NCBI GenBank assembly: GCA_023255735.1
Contig: JAGDVP010000012.1
Location: 105,477 to 169,476, forward strand
Reading direction: 5' to 3'
From: Halothiobacillus sp.
GTDB taxonomy: Bacteria; Pseudomonadota; Gammaproteobacteria; Halothiobacillales; Halothiobacillaceae
Length of the DNA stretch: 64,000 bases
Positions 46,824 to 56,053 of the stretch are shown here, one piece after another. The position numbers and the translations under genes were made by a program. The notes below the pieces were generated by a model. It was given only the letters and a program-made list of their open reading frames with translations. It made no database searches and had not been told where the DNA came from. Numbering within the stretch: position 1 is the first letter of the stretch; each line of letters begins with the position of its first letter.

Positions 46824-48498
46824 AATGCGGCTCCTTAAGCATTTCTATCGCTAGGGCGCGGGTTTGCGCGCTGATTTCAACGCCGCCGATCATGCGGGCA
46901 ATTTCTTCGATGCGGGCATGGGCATCTAACGGCACGATGGTGGTGATGGTGCCGGAAGCCCGGTGATGTTTTTGGACTTGAATTTGATGCTGCCCCTGGG
47001 CTGCGACTTGCGGCAGGTGGGTGACGCAAAACACTTGCCGTGTTTGCCCAAGTCTCGATAGGTGCCGGCCAACGATTTCTGCGATGGCGCCGCCAATGCC
47101 GGTATCCACTTCATCAAAAATAAAGGTTTCCACCGGGTCGAACGCGGCGGTGAGCGTTTTAAAGGCCAAGCTTACGCGGGCTAACTCGCCACCGGAGGCA
47201 ATTTGATCGAGCGGCTGCGGCGGTTGGCCTTGGTTGGCGCTGATTAAAAAGCTGATCTCGTCTATGCCGTGTTCGCTGCGCCCGGCGGCGGGCTCAAAGT
47301 TGTTTGGGGTGAGGCTAATCTCGATATGTCCGTGCGGCATGCCAAGCTGGCGGATGGCCTCGGTAACCAAATCGGCCAGTGCGCTGGCGGCTGTGTGCCG
47401 CTCGGCTGAAATGATTAAGGCTAATTGGTCATAGCTTTGGGTAACGGCATCGATGCGCTCATCTAAGTGGGCGCTTAAGGCATCATCGTTATCGAGTGTG
47501 GCCGCTTCATGGCGTAGGGCTGTCATGTAATCATCGAGCTGTTCGGGCGGAATGCGGTGTTTGCGCGCCAGTTGATGCAGTTGATCTAAGCGCTTTTGAA
47601 CCCGCTCGAGCAGCTCGGGATCGTCTTCAGTTGTATCCAGCCGGTCGCGTAGGCTTTCGGCGGTCTCATTAATTTGAATTCGCGCCGATTGGAGCGCTTC
47701 AATGAGCGGTGCAAGGCTGTCATCTAAAGCCAAAAGCCGGCTTAATGCCTGCTGTGCCTGACTCAGCTCGTCGTGCACATTGCGCTCGCCATCAAAGAGG
47801 TGTTGGAGCTGGGTTGCGAGCACGCTGCGCCACTCGTCTTGCCGCGAAAGCCGTGTGAGCTGCTGGTGGCGCAGGTTGAACTCATCGGTTTGGGGCGCGA
47901 TCTGATCGATTTCCTCTAGCTGGAAGGCGAGCAGCGCTCGGCGATCTGCCCGGTTCTTTTGGGCGAGCTGAATCTCGGCGCGCTGGCTTTGTAATTTGCG
48001 CAGTTCCCGTGCGTGCAGGCTTAGCGCTTGGGTTTCACGGCCTAGGCTGGCAAAGCTATCCAGTAAATCGCGTTGGTAGCGTTTTTCGAGCAGTTTTTGG
48101 TTGTGGTGCTGGCCATGCACGTCAATGAGTAAACGGCTTAATGTTTTAAGCAGGGTGGCAGGGCTTGGGCGGCCATTAATCCAAATTTTGCCGCGCCCTT
48201 CGCGATTTAACGTGCGGCGAATGATGAGCTCATGATCATCTTCGATTGCTTGTTCGTGCAAAAACTGGGCGACCGGCCCTTGTTTCTCAAAACTAAATAC
48301 GCCAATCACCTCGGCCTCATCACAGCCCGCGCGGATCAGCTGGATATTGGCGCGCTCACCCTGAATTAAGCCGATGGCATCAATGAGAATGGATTTGCCC
48401 GCGCCAGTCTCGCCGGTGAGGGTGGTCATGCCGGGGGCGAAGGAGAGTTCGAGCTCATCAATTAAAGCAATGTGACGGATGGTTAGAGAAATCAGCAT
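46822..48498 (-). CDS. recN: DNA repair protein RecN
   Basis: A 558-aa SMC-like protein with Walker A GETGAGKSI, a long coiled coil, the signature ASGGELARV, and Walker B FIFDEVDTGIGG. Confidence 0.93.
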   Translation of the reverse strand: MLISLTIRHIALIDELELSFAPGMTTLTGETGAGKSILIDAIGLIQGERANIQLIRAGCDEAEVIGVFSFEKQGPVAQFLHEQAIEDDHELIIRRTLNREGRGKIWINGRPSPATLLKTLSRLLIDVHGQHHNQKLLEKRYQRDLLDSFASLGRETQALSLHARELRKLQSQRAEIQLAQKNRADRRALLAFQLEEIDQIAPQTDEFNLRHQQLTRLSRQDEWRSVLATQLQHLFDGERNVHDELSQAQQALSRLLALDDSLAPLIEALQSARIQINETAESLRDRLDTTEDDPELLERVQKRLDQLHQLARKHRIPPEQLDDYMTALRHEAATLDNDDALSAHLDERIDAVTQSYDQLALIISAERHTAASALADLVTEAIRQLGMPHGHIEISLTPNNFEPAAGRSEHGIDEISFLISANQGQPPQPLDQIASGGELARVSLAFKTLTAAFDPVETFIFDEVDTGIGGAIAEIVGRHLSRLGQTRQVFCVTHLPQVAAQGQHQIQVQKHHRASGTITTIVPLDAHARIEEIARMIGGVEISAQTRALAIEMLKEPH

Positions 48499-48574
48499 AA
48501 AAGCATCAGCCTAATGAGGGTTTTACCGGGTAAAAATTTAATCGGGCTGGAATCCAACCGGCCAAGTGCGCCGG

Positions 48575-49573
48575 TTACCCACTTTGTTCGCCCCAGCAAA
48601 GCTTAGTGCGTAATAAAGCGTAATAATCATGGTTGCAGGGATGAATCAGCTTAATATCATGATCGTGCCGTCGAATTACCAAGCTATCACCCACCTCTAA
48701 CGGGTGATTGATTTGGCCATCAAAGCTCATCACGCCGCCGCCCCGAGATTGGGGTTTGGGCGTAATTTCAATGACATGCTGGCTGCTTACCACAATGGGG
48801 CGATAGCTTAAGGTGTGCGGACAAATCGAGACGATGCCAATGGCGGCAAGATCGGGGGCAATCAACGGCCCACCGGCGGAAAGGGCATAGGCGGTTGATC
48901 CGGTCGGGGTACACACCACCACCCCATCCGAGCGCTGTTGATTGAGTAACACGCCATTGATGGACATCTCAAACTCCACCATGCGCGCGGGGTCACGCAT
49001 CTTAAAGGTGATGTCATTTAATGCGACCGCATCCATCAAGCGCGTCTCGCCGCGCATCAAGGTGCCTTCCAGCAAAAAACGCCGATCTTCGATGAACTGA
49101 CCGCGCAGCATGGCATCGAGGTAAAGCTTGAGATCACTGGGGCGCACATCTACCAAAAAGCCCAACCTACCCAAATTCACCCCCATAATTGGAATGCCCC
49201 ATTGGCTTAAGGTGCGGGCCGCGTTAAGTAAGGTGCCATCGCCACCGAGGACAATAATTAAGTCCCGATCCGGGTGGTTGCGCTCAAATCGTGCCGGATG
49301 CAGGTTGTGAACGGGGCTATCGCACGATTCTTCCAGCGCCCAATGAATCCCTAAGGCCTCCAATATGCGAATGAGTTTTAGAAAAACCTTTTTAATCGCC
49401 TCGTCTGCAAAGGGTTTGGTGATGATGCCCACTTTTTGAAAAATCGGCGCGGTAGGCCGGATGGTTAATGCGGCGGCGCCCTCGAAGAGCCGCGTTTGAC
49501 TGGCCGCTTGATCAAGGGGAAGCGGCACCGCTTGGGGCGTGGGTGCGTGCTTGGTTTTGGGGGTATCGGCCAC
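48575..49573 (-). CDS. nadK: NAD kinase, with an N-terminal extension of about 40 aa
   Basis: GGDGTLL, NLGRLGFL and PTGSTAYALSAGGP. GTG start; there is no in-frame ATG before the catalytic domain. Confidence 0.88.
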   Translation of the reverse strand: MADTPKTKHAPTPQAVPLPLDQAASQTRLFEGAAALTIRPTAPIFQKVGIITKPFADEAIKKVFLKLIRILEALGIHWALEESCDSPVHNLHPARFERNHPDRDLIIVLGGDGTLLNAARTLSQWGIPIMGVNLGRLGFLVDVRPSDLKLYLDAMLRGQFIEDRRFLLEGTLMRGETRLMDAVALNDITFKMRDPARMVEFEMSINGVLLNQQRSDGVVVCTPTGSTAYALSAGGPLIAPDLAAIGIVSICPHTLSYRPIVVSSQHVIEITPKPQSRGGGVMSFDGQINHPLEVGDSLVIRRHDHDIKLIHPCNHDYYALLRTKLCWGEQSG

Positions 49574-49662
49574 AACGTTTGATCCTGGAATGTAAGGATG
49601 AGGGCGAAAAGTATACCGATGAATATACCCCGCTTTGTTCCCTCAATGTTTATAAACCGTAT

Positions 49663-49690
49663 CTTGAAATTTATTTAAGCCGCCCCAAAT
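49663..49690 (+). promoter_or_regulatory. Sigma-32 (heat-shock) type promoter upstream of grpE
   Basis: CTTGAAA (49663-49669), a 13-nt spacer, then CCCCAAAT (49683-49690). The E. coli consensus is CTTGAAA-N13-17-CCCCATNT. The site is about 96 nt upstream of the grpE ATG. Confidence 0.65.
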
Positions 49691-49785
49691 CCCTGCAATA
49701 ACCCCAGCCGGTCGAAGGCGCACTTAAGGCAGCTGGGCGACAATCCTGATTTTACCTTTGTTTCCATCCACCCGAGGATCACAGC

Positions 49786-50319
49786 ATGACGGAACATTCC
49801 GAACAGCCCGCCCAAGCCGAAAGCCCTATTGAAACCCCGCAAAATGAAAGTACGGCGCCAGTTGATACGGCGCTCGCCGACAAGCTTGCCGAGCGCGAGC
49901 AAGAAATTTTGCGTCTTCACGCCGAGATGGACAATTTGCGCAAACGGGTTGAGCGCGATATTGATAATGCTCGCAAATTTGCCTTAGAGCGCTTTGTCGA
50001 TGGGCTATTGCCGGTGGTCGATTCGCTGGAAATGGGCATTTTGGCCAGCGAAAACGAGAACACAACGCTTCAAACCATTCGTGAAGGCAGCCAGATGACG
50101 CTGACTATGTTTATGCAAACCCTGGAGAAATTTGGCGTTACCCCGGTGCATCCGGTCGGTGAGCGTTTTAATCCAGAGCATCATCAAGCCATTTCAGTGC
50201 AGCCGCATGAGGGACCGGCCGATCATGTGGTCAGCGTGATGCAAAAAGGCTTCTTGCTGAAAGATCGACTCGTGCGGCCGGCGCTGGTCGTGGTGTCGAA
50301 ATCGGCAGAGCAAGGGTAA
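49786..50319 (+). CDS. grpE: Nucleotide exchange factor GrpE
   Basis: A 177-aa protein with RLHAEMDNLRKR, a coiled coil and the C-terminal beta domain (KGF.L.DR..RPA.V.V). Confidence 0.93.
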   Translation: MTEHSEQPAQAESPIETPQNESTAPVDTALADKLAEREQEILRLHAEMDNLRKRVERDIDNARKFALERFVDGLLPVVDSLEMGILASENENTTLQTIREGSQMTLTMFMQTLEKFGVTPVHPVGERFNPEHHQAISVQPHEGPADHVVSVMQKGFLLKDRLVRPALVVVSKSAEQG

Positions 50320-50336
50320 TTCACCGCAAACGGGCT

Positions 50337-50364
50337 CTTGAAAAACCAAGCTCAGTCCGCACAT
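50337..50364 (+). promoter_or_regulatory. Candidate sigma-32 promoter upstream of dnaK
   Basis: CTTGAAA (50337-50343), a 13-nt spacer, then CCGCACAT. The -10 element is weaker than the grpE one. Confidence 0.45.
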
Positions 50365-50434
50365 ATTAGCCTGTAGCGATAAGTACGCGGCATGATTTGA
50401 TAGCAACACATTTTTAAATTTGAGGAATAACACC

Positions 50435-52345
50435 ATGGCTAAAATTATCGGGATTGATTTGGGAACCACCAATTCGTGCGTGGCGATTATGGAAGGCAAA
50501 ACAGCCAAAGTGATCGAAAACGCCGAAGGTGCCCGCACCACACCCTCGATTGTAGCTTACGCTTCAGATGGCGAGATTTTGGTCGGCCAGCCAGCCAAAC
50601 GACAAGCAGTCACCAATCCGAAAAATACCCTGTATGCGGTAAAACGCTTAATTGGCCGCCGTTTTGAAGAAGAGGCCGTGCAGAAAGACATTAAATTAAT
50701 GCCTTATGAAATCGTTAAAGCCGATAACGGCGATGCGTGGGTTTCTGTGAATGGCCGCAAAATGGCGCCGCCGGAGATATCCGCGCGCGTCTTAATGAAA
50801 ATCAAAAAAGATGTCGAGGCCTACCTAGGCGAAGAAGTGACCGAAGCGGTCATCACTGTGCCGGCCTACTTTAATGACAGCCAGCGCCAAGCCACCAAAG
50901 ATGCGGGGCGCATTGCAGGCTTAGATGTGAAACGTATTATCAATGAACCAACCGCTGCGGCATTGGCCTATGGTATTGATAAAAAAGATAATGTTGACCG
51001 TAAAATCGCAGTTTATGACTTGGGCGGTGGCACATTCGATGTGTCGATCATTGAAGTGGCCAACATTGATGGTGAAAAACAATTTGAAGTGCTGTCAACC
51101 AATGGGGACACCTTCTTGGGCGGTGAAGATTTTGACAACCGCTTGATTGATTTCTTAGTTGACGAGTTCAAAAAAGAGCAGGGCGTGAACCTTGCTAATG
51201 ATGCGTTGGCGATGCAACGGCTAAAAGAAGGCGCAGAAAAAGCAAAAATTGAGCTCTCATCCACCGAACAAACCGATGTGAATTTGCCGTATATCACCGC
51301 CGATGCGAGTGGTCCTAAGCATATGAACATCCGTTTAACGCGCGCCAAGCTCGAATCGTTGGTGGATGATCTAATTACCCGCACCATTGAACCCTGCAAA
51401 ATGGCCGTGAAAGATGCCGGTGTGTCTTTAAGCGATATTGATGAAGTTATTTTGGTCGGCGGACAATCGCGCATGCCCAAAGTGCGTGAAGCGGTTAAAA
51501 ACTTCTTCGGTAAAGAGCCGCGGAAAGATGTGAATCCCGATGAAGCGGTGGCTATTGGTGCAGCGATTCAGGGCGGCGTGCTATCTGGCAGCGTGAGCGA
51601 TGTGCTGCTGCTTGATGTGACTCCACTCTCTTTGGGTATTGAAACCATGGGGGGCGTGATGACTAAACTCATCGAGAAAAACACCACCATCCCAACCAAA
51701 GCCAGCCAAGTGTTTTCTACGGCCGATGACAACCAAAACGCCGTAACCGTGCATGTGTTGCAAGGTGAGCGCGAGATGGCTGCAGGTAACAAATCGTTGG
51801 GTCGGTTTGATTTAACCGATATTCCCTCCGCACCCCGAGGTATGCCGCAAATTGAAGTGACCTTCGACATCGACGCGAACGGTATCTTAAATGTGTCGGC
51901 CAAAGATAAAGGCACGGGTAAAGAGCAGAAAATTGTTATTAAAGCCAACTCAGGCTTATCGGATGCCGAGGTGCAACGCATGGTGGATGATGCCGCCGCG
52001 CACGCCGATGAAGATCGTAAATTGCGCGAATTGGTCGATGTGCGCAATCAAGGCGACGGTTTAATTCACACCGTTGAAAAAACCCTAAAAGAATCGGGCG
52101 AACGCTTAAGCGACGGCGATAAGCAACCCGCGACAGATGCTATTGCGGCACTGCGCGCGGCGATGAAAGGTGATAATAAAGCGGATATCGAAACGAAAAT
52201 TGAAGCGCTCAGCCAAGCATCAAGCGCCCTAATGCAAAAAGCCAGCGCGCAACCTCAAGAGGCCGGCGGTGCACCGTCATCGGCAGCTAAAGATGATGAT
52301 GTGGTTGATGCAGAGTTTGAAGAAGTTAAAGACGATAAAAAATAA
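50435..52345 (+). CDS. dnaK: Chaperone DnaK (Hsp70)
   Basis: [17 protein letters not shown]..., DLGGGTFD, and the full Hsp70 signature set. Start set at ATG 50435. Confidence 0.98.
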   Translation: MAKIIGIDLGTTNSCVAIMEGKTAKVIENAEGARTTPSIVAYASDGEILVGQPAKRQAVTNPKNTLYAVKRLIGRRFEEEAVQKDIKLMPYEIVKADNGDAWVSVNGRKMAPPEISARVLMKIKKDVEAYLGEEVTEAVITVPAYFNDSQRQATKDAGRIAGLDVKRIINEPTAAALAYGIDKKDNVDRKIAVYDLGGGTFDVSIIEVANIDGEKQFEVLSTNGDTFLGGEDFDNRLIDFLVDEFKKEQGVNLANDALAMQRLKEGAEKAKIELSSTEQTDVNLPYITADASGPKHMNIRLTRAKLESLVDDLITRTIEPCKMAVKDAGVSLSDIDEVILVGGQSRMPKVREAVKNFFGKEPRKDVNPDEAVAIGAAIQGGVLSGSVSDVLLLDVTPLSLGIETMGGVMTKLIEKNTTIPTKASQVFSTADDNQNAVTVHVLQGEREMAAGNKSLGRFDLTDIPSAPRGMPQIEVTFDIDANGILNVSAKDKGTGKEQKIVIKANSGLSDAEVQRMVDDAAAHADEDRKLRELVDVRNQGDGLIHTVEKTLKESGERLSDGDKQPATDAIAALRAAMKGDNKADIETKIEALSQASSALMQKASAQPQEAGGAPSSAAKDDDVVDAEFEEVKDDKK

Positions 52346-52385
52346 GCAGTAAACTCCGCTGATTTTCGCTCTCAGAATCAGCAAG

Positions 52386-52420
52386 ATCCGCACGCGACAT
52401 GAGTTCGTGCGGATTTTTTT
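52386..52420 (+). terminator. Intrinsic terminator/attenuator after dnaK
   Basis: The sequence is ATCCGCACGcgacatgagttCGTGCGGATtttttt, a 9-bp stem plus a T7 run. Confidence 0.7.
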
Positions 52421-52427
52421 AAGATTA

Positions 52428-52462
52428 CTCGAAAAGCCAATGACATGAATTGGCTTTTCGAG
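52428..52462 (+). other. Perfect 14-bp stem-loop in the dnaK-dnaJ spacer
   Basis: The sequence is CTCGAAAAGCCAATgacatgaATTGGCTTTTCGAG. The loop heptamer GACATGA also occurs in the loop of the preceding terminator. Confidence 0.7.
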
Positions 52463-52527
52463 TGACCTTTATCGACTGAGTTCATCTGCAGTACTGCGGG
52501 TAATTATTTCTATTTTTTGAGCAAATC

Positions 52528-53673
52528 ATGGCAAAGCGTTGTTATTACGAAGTTTTAGAAGTTGAGCGCACCGTATCAAGCGATGAGCTGAAAAAATCTT
52601 ATCGACGATTAGCGATGAAATTTCATCCCGATCGCAACCCAAATGACCCCACGGCTGAAGAAAAATTCAAAGAAGCTAAAGAGGCCTTTGAAACGCTGTC
52701 TGATCCGCAAAAGCGGGCAGCGTACGATCAGTTCGGCCATGCGGGTGTGAATCAAGGCGGTGGCGGTGGAGCGGGATTTGGCGGCGGCGCAGGATTTGCC
52801 GATATATTTGGCGAGGTGTTTGGCGATATTTTCGGCGGCGGCGGTGGGCGTTCACGCGCGTATCGCGGCGCTGATATGCAATACAACCTCAGCATCACCT
52901 TAGAAGAGGCGGTTCGTGGCACCACGGTAGATATTCAAATCCCAACGACTGAAGAATGCGGCGTTTGTCACGGCACAGGCGCCAAGCCTGGTACGGGAAA
53001 AAAAACCTGCGGCACCTGCAAAGGTGCCGGCGCCGTGCGGGTTCAGCAAGGGTTTTTTGCGATTCAACAAGTTTGCCCTACCTGCGGGGGCAGCGGTGAA
53101 ATTATCGAAGATCCCTGCACCGCGTGCCGAGGGGCAGGGCGGATTGAAACTAAAAAAACGCTCAGTATTAAAGTCCCACCGGGGGTTGATACGGGTGATC
53201 GGTTGCGGCACACCGGTGAAGGTGGGCCGGGTGAACAGGGCGGCCCTAAAGGCGATTTGTATATTCTCATTGAAGTCAAACCGCACCCAATTTTTAAGCG
53301 CCATGATGCCGATTTGCTGTGCGACATGCCCATCAGTTTTGTGACCGCAGCCTTGGGCGGTGAGATTGAAGTACCCACATTAGATGGTCGGGTGGATCTT
53401 AAAATCCCCGCCGAAACACAAACCGGCAAAGTATTCCGCCTGCGCGGTAAAGGAGTTCAACCCGTGCGGGGTGGCTCGCCAGGGGATTTATTGGTGAGTG
53501 TGCATCTGGAGACGCCCGTTAAGCTCACCCCCGAGCAGCGGGATTTGCTGATCGCCTTCGAGCAATCGCTCACGGGCAGCGGCACGGGCGGAATTGCCGA
53601 GCAGCATCGCCCGCGCGAGCGTTCGTTTTTGGATTCGGTGAAACGGTTTTTCGATGATCTGCGCGGCGAATAG
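52528..53673 (+). CDS. dnaJ: Co-chaperone DnaJ
   Basis: J-domain with HPDRN, a G/F-rich linker, four CxxCxGxG zinc-finger repeats and the C-terminal domains. Confidence 0.96.
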   Translation: MAKRCYYEVLEVERTVSSDELKKSYRRLAMKFHPDRNPNDPTAEEKFKEAKEAFETLSDPQKRAAYDQFGHAGVNQGGGGGAGFGGGAGFADIFGEVFGDIFGGGGGRSRAYRGADMQYNLSITLEEAVRGTTVDIQIPTTEECGVCHGTGAKPGTGKKTCGTCKGAGAVRVQQGFFAIQQVCPTCGGSGEIIEDPCTACRGAGRIETKKTLSIKVPPGVDTGDRLRHTGEGGPGEQGGPKGDLYILIEVKPHPIFKRHDADLLCDMPISFVTAALGGEIEVPTLDGRVDLKIPAETQTGKVFRLRGKGVQPVRGGSPGDLLVSVHLETPVKLTPEQRDLLIAFEQSLTGSGTGGIAEQHRPRERSFLDSVKRFFDDLRGE

Positions 53674-53771
53674 ATCAAGTGATTAAAGGGCAAGCGCTAA
53701 GCCTTTTGCCGGTATTTCGGGCGTTATCGCGGTTTGGCTCTGGGTGGCTTGACAAGGTTCTGGGCTTAAAT

Positions 53772-53800
53772 TTGACTTTTTGACCTAACCTTCATATATT
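53772..53800 (+). promoter_or_regulatory. Sigma-70-like promoter for the rimP-nusA-infB operon
   Basis: TTGACT (53772-53777), a 17-nt spacer, then TATATT (53795-53800). Confidence 0.5.
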
Positions 53801-53834
53801 CCGCATCCCGCGATCAAAGATAAAAGAAAACCGG

Positions 53835-53859
53835 GCCCCAAATGGGGCTTTTTTATTTT
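53835..53859 (+). terminator. Short leader terminator/attenuator between the promoter and rimP
   Basis: The sequence is GCCCCaaatGGGGCttttttatttt, a 5-bp GC stem plus a long T-tract. It overlaps the spurious ATG 53842 of the ORF track. Confidence 0.45.
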
Positions 53860-53883
53860 GCGTATTTAAGAGAACAAGCCGCT

Positions 53884-54411
53884 GTGCAAAAAATTCCAGA
53901 ATCCATTGAGGCACTCCTGCAACCGGTCGTTGAAGCGGCTGGTTGTGAATGGGTTGGCGGCGAATTTCGTGGCGGCCCGGATGGTTTGCTGCGGGTTTAT
54001 ATCGATACGCCCGCGGGCGTTACCTTGGATGATTGCTCGCGCATTAGTGATGCTTTAAGCGGTGTTTTAGATGTCGAAGATCCCTTCCCCGGCTTCTATC
54101 GTCTTGAGGTTTCATCGCCTGGCGTTGAGCGCCCGATGTTCCGCGCCAGCGATTTTGCGCGGGTTGTAGGTCAAAAAATTCGAGTTCGATTGCACCGCCC
54201 CCTCGCGCAAAGGCGCCGGTTCGACGGCATCGTGGTTGCGGTTGAGGGTGAGCAAATCAGCGTTACTATTGATGGTCTTGCTGATGTGTTTACCTTCCCG
54301 TACGCGGAAGTCGAGCGGGCTCATTTGGTTTTTGAATTTGGCGCACCCAAATCTGATCGTACGCAGGGCGACCGTAAAACACGGCGCGCCGCGAATAACT
54401 CACAGGAATAA
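53884..54411 (+). CDS. rimP: Ribosome maturation factor RimP
   Basis: RimP-like LLQPVVEAAGCEWVGGEF...LRVYID...VTLDDC...YRLEVSSPG..RP. Start set at GTG 53884, downstream of the leader hairpin. Confidence 0.8.
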   Translation: MQKIPESIEALLQPVVEAAGCEWVGGEFRGGPDGLLRVYIDTPAGVTLDDCSRISDALSGVLDVEDPFPGFYRLEVSSPGVERPMFRASDFARVVGQKIRVRLHRPLAQRRRFDGIVVAVEGEQISVTIDGLADVFTFPYAEVERAHLVFEFGAPKSDRTQGDRKTRRAANNSQE

Positions 54412-54421
54412 TTCAACCATC

Positions 54422-55903
54422 ATGAGCAAAGAGATTCTTTTTGTAGCCGATGCGGTATCTAACGAGAAAGGCGTAGATCGCGTCGTGATTTTCGAAGCCA
54501 TTGAAGCGGCGTTAGCGCAAGCAGCGCGCAAGCGCCATGGCGGCGATATTGATGCCCGCGTTGAAATTAATCGGGAAACGGGTGATTACCGCACCTATCG
54601 CCGCTGGCAGGTTGTGGCGGGTGACTCGTCGGAATTCCCAGAGCGGGAAATGATTCTTGAAGCCGCGCAAATGGATGAGCCGAACATCAAAGTGGGCGAT
54701 TTCGTTGAAGAAGAAATCGAATCCGTTGAGTTTGGTCGCATCGCCGCGCAAGCCGCTAAACAAGTAATTGTGCAAAAAGTGCGCGAAGCGGAGCGACGCC
54801 AAATTGTTGATGCGTATATTGATCGCAAAGGCAGCCTGATTATGGGGCTGATTAAGCGGATTGATCGCGGTAATGTGATCTTGGATTTGGGCGGCAACGT
54901 TGAAGCTTTAATTCCGCGCGATGAAATGATCGGTCGCGAAGCGGTTCGTCCGGGTGATCGTATCCGCGGCTATTTGGCTGATGTGCGCCATGAGCCGCGC
55001 GGGCCGCAATTATTTGTGAGCCGTACCGCCCCTGAATTTTTGATTGAATTATTCAAACTTGAAGTGCCTGAAATCGATCAAGGCTTAATCGAAATTAAAG
55101 GCGCTGCCCGTGATCCGGGTCTGCGCGCTAAAATTGCGGTGCTTTCACGCGATGCTCGCATTGATCCTGTGGGTACCTGTGTGGGTATGCGCGGTTCGCG
55201 TGTGCAGTCGGTCACCAATGAGCTCAATGGTGAGCGTGTCGATATCATTATTTGGGATCAAAACCCCGCGCAATTTGTGATTAATGCCATGTCGCCGGCG
55301 GAAGTGGTGTCCATTGTGGTCGATGAAGATCGTCACAGCATGAATGTGGCCGTTACCGAAGAAAAATTATCCCAAGCGATTGGTCGTGGCGGTCAAAACG
55401 TGCGTTTAGCGAGCCAGTTAACCGGCTGGCATTTGAACGTGATGGGTGAGAACGAGGCCATAGCCCAAGGTGAAACCGAAACGCGGCGCAATGTCGAGGC
55501 GTTTATGCGCGATTTGGATGTGGATGAAGATGTTGCCTCGGTGTTGGTGGAAGCCGGTTTCTCCTCGTTAGAAGAGGTGGCCTACGTGCCAACTGCTGAA
55601 CTACTCGAAGTCGAAGGATTTGATGAAGGCATCGTCGAAGAATTACGCAATCGCGCGCGGGATGCGTTGCTGGTTCAAGCCATTTCGGGTGAAACGGCCG
55701 AACAAGCGGCTGACGAGGGCTTGAATATCGCCGAATTAGCGGGCATGACGCACGCCTTACTGGATGCGTTGCATGCCGCTGGCATTAGCAGCTCGGATGA
55801 TTTAGCCGAATTATCCATCGATGAGTTAACCGCCTTTGACGGGGTTGATGAACCCCTGGCGCATCAACTAATTATGGCGGCGCGTGCGCCTTGGTTTGCT
55901 TGA
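54422..55903 (+). CDS. nusA: Transcription termination/antitermination factor NusA
   Basis: MSKEILFVADAVSNEKGV, S1 and KH domains (AIGRGGQNVRLASQLTGW), and C-terminal acidic repeats. Start set at ATG 54422. Confidence 0.96.
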   Translation: MSKEILFVADAVSNEKGVDRVVIFEAIEAALAQAARKRHGGDIDARVEINRETGDYRTYRRWQVVAGDSSEFPEREMILEAAQMDEPNIKVGDFVEEEIESVEFGRIAAQAAKQVIVQKVREAERRQIVDAYIDRKGSLIMGLIKRIDRGNVILDLGGNVEALIPRDEMIGREAVRPGDRIRGYLADVRHEPRGPQLFVSRTAPEFLIELFKLEVPEIDQGLIEIKGAARDPGLRAKIAVLSRDARIDPVGTCVGMRGSRVQSVTNELNGERVDIIIWDQNPAQFVINAMSPAEVVSIVVDEDRHSMNVAVTEEKLSQAIGRGGQNVRLASQLTGWHLNVMGENEAIAQGETETRRNVEAFMRDLDVDEDVASVLVEAGFSSLEEVAYVPTAELLEVEGFDEGIVEELRNRARDALLVQAISGETAEQAADEGLNIAELAGMTHALLDALHAAGISSSDDLAELSIDELTAFDGVDEPLAHQLIMAARAPWFA

Positions 55904-56053
55904 AACCTAAATTGAGTGCTGGGCGTGAACCTAAGTTCACGCTTGAATTAAAACGACGCTGTTCGGTGTAAAGCCGCAGCAAATATGCTCATTTTCAATC
56001 ACTTTAGCGTGATTGGTGTGAATTTTAGATGTGTGACGACCACAGGAGACCCC

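Noticed and set aside
48499-48574. An expected LexA/SOS box (CTGT-N8-ACAG) upstream of recN.
   Set aside because: I could not find a match in the 76-nt region upstream of recN. It may be divergent or lie elsewhere. No feature is reported.
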